From the NCBI GenBank assembly GCA_012862495.1, contig BLSG01000208.1, forward strand, positions 53,887-104,342: a DNA stretch of 50,456 nucleotides. The letters are read 5' to 3'. The notes beneath the pieces are model-generated. The model was not told where the DNA came from. It saw only the letters and a program-made list of their open reading frames with translations, and did no database searches. Origin of the DNA: Thraustochytrium aureum (Eukaryota). Position numbers and translations under genes: made by a program. Position 1 is the stretch's first letter. Every line of letters starts with the position of its first letter. This document shows positions 45,204 through 50,456 of this stretch, piece by piece.

Positions 45204-47300
45204 AAGCGGCGTGCATCTCAAGACCCCGCCCCAGCGCGACTCGTAGCGGGGCCGGCCCCGCGCCGCCAGGGCCGATCGCCGAGTCCCATGGCGCACGGTG
45301 GGACCGCCGACCGACAAGGCAACAAGCGCAGCCGCACACGCCTCGATGTGCATGCGAGGAGGCCGCCGGACAACGGCGAGGGCCGAGGAAGCACAACCAT
45401 CTGCGAGCGATCTGCGAGCGAGCGTCTCATTTGTCACTTTGCCATGATAAATCATGTGATTTTGGTGGCCACAAGCGCGCAAGGGCGTGAATGACATGAG
45501 TGCAAGCAAGTACCGGTAGGTAGAGTAGGTATACGGTAACCGGTAACCTCACTTTTGTGCTGGTGAGGGATCTGCTTTGAGAACGCCGGTCAATCGCGTT
45601 CCCGCGCAACGCCAGGCCCGGGCTACCGGACCTGGTGCTCGCGGCCCGGTCGCTCGCTAGCGCATGGGAGCAGGGCACTTCCGCAGTGCGTGCGCGTGGT
45701 CTGGTCGCGATTGCCGCGTTTCAATGCAAACCTGCAATCGGGCTCAATTTGTTTTTGTTCCTGAAGAGGGATCGGTCTGGCTCTCAGCCCGTTTTGTCCC
45801 TGCGGCCTTAGCCTTACTACTTAGTAGTAGTAGGTATTGTTTTTGTTCCCTCACAGCCAACAGGGTGCAAAAGCAACGTCACAAACAGAGAGAGTCTCTC
45901 TTGACCGAAGCCGGGCGACCCCCGCGTTGCTGCTCCTTGAGCTTCAAGGCAGGAAGAATTTCCCTGTTCTCTGATAAGGCTTGACTGTCAAGAGTTCGCG
46001 CAGCTTCAATCGCGCCAAAACTGCCCCTTTCGCCGCACTCCGCTTTTTCACGGTTGAAGTTGTTCCTCAGGCAGCTGGGTTGCCCGTTCTGACGAGGAAA
46101 GCACCGCCGCCACCTGAACAGGCTTCTGAATCTCTGAAGCATTCCGGAGAGGAAAGCGCCGTCGATTCGTTGAATATTCTGAACTGACAAAGCAAAGCTA
46201 CCTAAGCGCCACTCTCATGATCAGGCTGTGCGGACGACTCGGAGGAAAAGTCAAGCGAGCTCACTTGGCACAAACATGAACTCTGTTCAGACCGGAACAG
46301 CCTGAGAATGATCAGAATCAGAAAGATGGCTCGCCCTTCGCGAAGGTCCCGCCCAGCACACAAACGCAAGAGGGCCTACCACGGTACTCCCGGTACAAAA
46401 AAGAAAAAGGAAAAACTTTGAAAGGAAATAGAAAAGGCAGTCGTCGGTTGACCGTTCGCTCAAGCCCCAGCCCCATACGAGGAGGGCAGGCTCGTACCGG
46501 CACTCATTCTCACCTCCTCAAGAGCCTCGCGGAGCTGTGAGCGGCGTGCGCCTGCCTTGAACACGTCGCAGCGTCAGCAGAGCAGTGCGCAAGTCCAGAG
46601 AGGCAGAGTGAGAGGGAGCGGCTTGGTGGCGTTTTGTCTTGCAGGAGGACAACCCGAGCAGAGTCCGAACAGGAGGTGCTGTTTTGGGCGTTCATTCTGT
46701 CGCGCAGGACGACCTGCTCGCGAGCACCGGACACACCGCGCGCGCACGGAGGCACTGGAGCGAGCGGAGGCGCGGCGGGAGGGCGAGGGAAGGGCCGTCG
46801 CGCTTGCTGCTCTGGCCCCGCGTTGGGTCGCTGGATTTGGGCGCAAGCTCGGCGTTCTGTTCTGGACCTGCATTCTTCTGCCCGTGCCGGCCCTGCGCAA
46901 CACCCTACCCCAACAAACCAGCACCGAACGAGCACCCGGCTGGCAGCCCGCTCAGGCAGCCCGCGCGAGGGCTGAAAGCGCGAGGGCAGACCGCGGTGAG
47001 CTGCGAAAACGGAAACCCGGCGCGACGAGGCGCAGGACCGCGGCGCACGGTCTGGAACGTGTGCTGGTGCTGAGGGTGAACTGAGCAAAGTTGCTCAGGC
47101 GAGCAAGCCCGCCTTGGGCGGGAAACAGGCGCGACGAGGGCGAAAGTGGACTACGTGGCCGCGCCTGGCGCGGCGAGCGAAAGGAGACGGCGGCCCGGAG
47201 GCGGCAAAGGCTGAGGCCATGCAGCGGCCCTCCAGCTCTGCGCGACACGCCGGGCAGCCTGGGAATTGGAAGAGCAACAAGGTTCGCCTGGTGAGGGCAG

Positions 47301-49649
47301 ATGCCATCGTCGAGTGCGAGCCGCCCAAGGCGAAGCCAGACCGCCCGAAGCGGCAAGCCGGGCAGAAACTCCGGCGCGCCATGTCCCCTGCCGGACAACA
47401 TGCTCCTGCCCGGGAGCGAGTCCGCGCGCTCGCTGCGGCTGGCCGAGCTCGAGCGCCTGACGAAAACATGGGAGGGAAGAGTCCGCATGCGAATGCCCAG
47501 GAAGTTCATTCTGCGGTCGACAAAGACGGTCCAGCTCGAAGTGCGGTCGGACCTGCTGCTCGTGTACGAGTTGACAAACCAGCCCGAGGTTCGGAGCATT
47601 CACGGCCTGCGCGTGCCAATCAAGGTCTTCTGGCTCGCCGAGTGGGTCGCGCAGCCCACTTCTTCAAAGACGGGGATCATCGTGCTGCCGCGGCGCGAGC
47701 GGCGCGGCAAGGGCTCCAGCACCTTACTGGGCTCCTCCACCACGCTGGGCCGGTCGCTGTTCGGCTCGAGCCCGACAGGGGGCAGCGCCCGCAGCAACAG
47801 CAGCGGCGGAAGCGGGGGCTTGGGCGGCAGCTCGCCAACGAAGGACGGCCGCGGCGCGGCCCTGTCGTGGGACTCGGACCAGTCGCGCATCGGTGTGCCC
47901 GCGCGGCTCGTGTTCGAGTTCTCCGCCGCTTCCCTTGGAGAGCGCGACAAGCTGATGGCAGCCGTTGCGCAGGCGCAGCACCCGATGAGTTTGGACCGGC
48001 TCAAGCCGGTCGCCGAGCTCGGCAAGGGCACCTTTGGCACGGTGCTGCTTGTGGCGGAGCGCGAGTCGGGCACCCCGCTGGCGCTCAAGTGCATGCCCAT
48101 CGACCGGACCAAGCAAGACCTGCTCATGTCCGAGAAGCTGGTCCTGGAGCGCGCTTCGCAGGTGAACTGTCCCGCGGTGACGCGGCTCCTGTTCGCCTTC
48201 TACGAGGACAGCTGCATGTACTTGGCGTGCGAGCTGTGCCCCGGCGGCGACCTTTGGACGCTGCTTCGCGCGAAGCGGCGGCTGCCGGAGGACACTGCGC
48301 GCTTCATCATTGCGCAGCTGACGCTCGGGCTGCACTGCCTGCACTCGGAGGGCATCGTGCACCGCGACATCAAGCCGGAGAACATCTTGCTGACAGCGCA
48401 GGGCCACGTCAAGCTCACCGATTTCGGGCTGGCCAAGTTCCTCCCGCTGCACGCCTCCAAGCTGCGCCGCCGCCGCAAGGAGGCCGTCATGCTGGACACC
48501 TACGCGCGGCCGAGCCCACTTTCGCCCGCGGGCTTTCTCTGGAGCAACTCGAGCTTGCCGAAAAAGGCGCTCACCGCGTTCCCCGGCCCTCACAGCCCTG
48601 GCGACGAGAACTCAAACTTGCTCAACGTGCGCCGCCAGTCCAAGTCCTCGCGCCGCTGCGCGTGCCAGCACTTGGGACTGCAACTCGGCTGCGTTTGCCG
48701 CCCCAAGCCGTTCGAGCGCACGTTCTCCATGTGCGGCACGTGCTACTACATGAGCCCCGAAATGGTGCGCGGCGACGGCCACGACACCTCGCTCGACCTC
48801 TGGCAACTCGGCTGCATCCTCTTCGAGCTCGTGGCGGGCAAGCCGGCCTTTTACAACGCCAACCCGGCCGAGGTGGAAGAGCACATCATGTGCGGCCTGC
48901 CCCAGCCCCTCCCGCTCGACATCGAATTCTCGGCCGAGTGCCGCCACCTCATTTCCAGTCTGCTNNNNNNNNNNNNNNNNNNNNNNNNNNNNNNNNNNNN
49001 NNNNNNNNNNNNNNNNNNNNNNNNNNNNNNNNNNNNNNNNNNNNNNNNNNNNNNNNNNNNNNNNNNNNNNNNNNNNNNNNNNNNNNNNNNNNNNNNNNNN
49101 NNNNNNNNNNNNNNNNNNNNNNNNNNNNNNNNNNNNNNNNNNNNNNNNNNNNNNNNNNNNNNNNNNNNNNNNNNNNNNNNNNNNNNNNNNNNNNNNNNNN
49201 NNNNNNNNNNNNNNNNNNNNNNNNNNNNNNNNNNNNNNNNNNNNNNNNNNNNNNNNNNNNNNNNNNNNNNNNNNNNNNNNNNNNNNNNNNNNNNNNNNNN
49301 NNNNNNNNNNNNNNNNNNNNNNNNNNNNNNNNNNNNNNNNNNNNNNNNNNNNNNNNNNNNNNNNNNNNNNNNNNNNNNNNNNNNNNNNNNNNNNNNNNNN
49401 NNNNNNNNNNNNNNNNNNNNNNNNNNNNNNNNNNNNNNNNNNNNNNNNNNNNNNNNNNNNNNNNNNNNNNNNNNNNNNNNNNNNNNNNNNNNNNNNNNNN
49501 NNNNNNNNNNCCGCAACGACGACCCATTCCCCGGGTTCAACTACTCGTGCTTGGATCCGGGCCAGTGCGAGGATGAGGCTGCGCGCTGTGCGGGTTTCAC
49601 CTTTTGCCCCAGTTTGATGCCCGCCGACTCTTCCGTGGAGCGCTGCTGA
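47301..49649 (+). CDS. AGC-family Ser/Thr kinase with N-terminal PH-like domain
   Basis: LGKGTFGTV, ALK, HRDIKPENILL, DFG, CGTCYYMSPE and DLWQLGCILFEL, with C-terminal hydrophobic motif FPGFNY. PH-like WEGRVRM...FEFSAASLGERDKLMAAVAQA. Gap 48965-49510. Confidence 0.9.
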   Translation: MPSSSASRPRRSQTARSGKPGRNSGAPCPLPDNMLLPGSESARSLRLAELERLTKTWEGRVRMRMPRKFILRSTKTVQLEVRSDLLLVYELTNQPEVRSIHGLRVPIKVFWLAEWVAQPTSSKTGIIVLPRRERRGKGSSTLLGSSTTLGRSLFGSSPTGGSARSNSSGGSGGLGGSSPTKDGRGAALSWDSDQSRIGVPARLVFEFSAASLGERDKLMAAVAQAQHPMSLDRLKPVAELGKGTFGTVLLVAERESGTPLALKCMPIDRTKQDLLMSEKLVLERASQVNCPAVTRLLFAFYEDSCMYLACELCPGGDLWTLLRAKRRLPEDTARFIIAQLTLGLHCLHSEGIVHRDIKPENILLTAQGHVKLTDFGLAKFLPLHASKLRRRRKEAVMLDTYARPSPLSPAGFLWSNSSLPKKALTAFPGPHSPGDENSNLLNVRRQSKSSRRCACQHLGLQLGCVCRPKPFERTFSMCGTCYYMSPEMVRGDGHDTSLDLWQLGCILFELVAGKPAFYNANPAEVEEHIMCGLPQPLPLDIEFSAECRHLISSLXXXXXXXXXXXXXXXXXXXXXXXXXXXXXXXXXXXXXXXXXXXXXXXXXXXXXXXXXXXXXXXXXXXXXXXXXXXXXXXXXXXXXXXXXXXXXXXXXXXXXXXXXXXXXXXXXXXXXXXXXXXXXXXXXXXXXXXXXXXXXXXXXXXXXXXXXXXXXXXXXXXXXXXXXXXXXXXXXXXXXXXRNDDPFPGFNYSCLDPGQCEDEAARCAGFTFCPSLMPADSSVERC

Positions 49650-50456
49650 GGAGGAGCAGCCCGCGCCAGCGACGGCTTGTTTTCCACCCTTCCCCGTCTG
49701 CCTTGGCAGCCCAACCGTGGCTGTCGCCAAAGGCTTGCTTGTTCGCCGCGCTGCCTTGCGATCGATTTGTTTCAAGATTTTTGTCACCCTACCAAATTTT
49801 ACATTCGTTCACGCCACTCGTCCATTTATCCATCCAAACATCCATCCATCCATACCGAAGCCGCAACAGCGACGAGCCAGCCGGTACGCGGCAAGCCCCC
49901 GAGAGCCACGGCCGAGCTCGTCGACCGATCCATTGTGTCGCTGGGTCAACTACGAAAACGACGCTCTAAAGGGACTCATTCATTCGTCCAGCTGCCTCCG
50001 AGACGGGACATCTCTGCGCGCGACGGAGGCCGCGTGCTGAAGAGCCCCCACCCCAGCCCAGTGACCAAAAGTCCGAAGATGGCGAAGAGCAAAGGCCTTA
50101 CGACGTTCACACGAAACAACCGCCCGTCACAAACGCGTCGCCGATCGATCGACCACCCGCGGATCAAAACGAAGTCGAACCAAGCAACCGCCTCAAGCTA
50201 GCTAGCTAGCTACCAGCTGGAGCAGCTGGAGACAACCAGACGCAGCGTGACCAAGCGCCGCGCCCCGCACCGACGACAATCGAAGCGCACCAAAGCGGAC
50301 AACTCCACTTCCGTACCAACCCACGCCTCGATCTCCACCAGAAATACTCCGCCAACTGAGCACTTTCGTACAGTGGCGCCAACCCTAACCGAAAGGTCGA
50401 CCTGGCCACCACCGCCACAGAGCCACAGACAAAGAGCAGAGACAGACGCGCAACAA

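Noticed and set aside
47114..49576. Long alternative-frame and antisense ORFs (e.g. 47114..49576+, 16627..18195-, 6341..7468+, 37763..39514-)
   Set aside because: Shadow ORFs from high GC3 codon bias over real genes; Arg/Ala/Ser-rich with no motifs.
50381..50390. AACCCTAACC telomere-like motif
   Set aside because: Under two units, expected by chance.

Overview
Gapped scaffold from a GC-rich, gene-dense, intron-poor microbial eukaryote. Cilium-associated domains suggest a flagellated protist; a stramenopile such as a labyrinthulomycete is only a guess. About 16 protein genes can be reconstructed: a C2-domain sterol-glucosyltransferase-like GT, a BART/CFAP36-like protein, VPS45, a reticulon-like protein, an MFS transporter, an IQ/Sfi1-like coiled-coil protein, a giant USP9/24/34-family deubiquitinase, an S28 serine peptidase, an axonemal-dynein-light-chain/EF-hand protein, an F-box protein, an SCP2-PH-ABC1 kinase-beta-lactamase-like fusion, a cyclic-nucleotide-binding-domain K+ channel, a PH-AGC kinase and hypotheticals. 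Many genes are broken by single-base shifts at homopolymers (probable sequencing errors), and several N gaps appear to close with roughly zero length. The most striking observation is an apparent split of the USP9/24/34-like gene. The N-terminal and catalytic part is on the minus strand. The region that normally follows the catalytic domain is encoded tail-to-tail on the plus strand as a seemingly separate gene behind a GTGACGT-rich divergent promoter. This suggests gene fission by inversion, with misassembly as the alternative. All domain assignments come from recognising motifs by eye; no database searches were run. No rRNA, tRNA, CRISPR array or mobile element was recognised.
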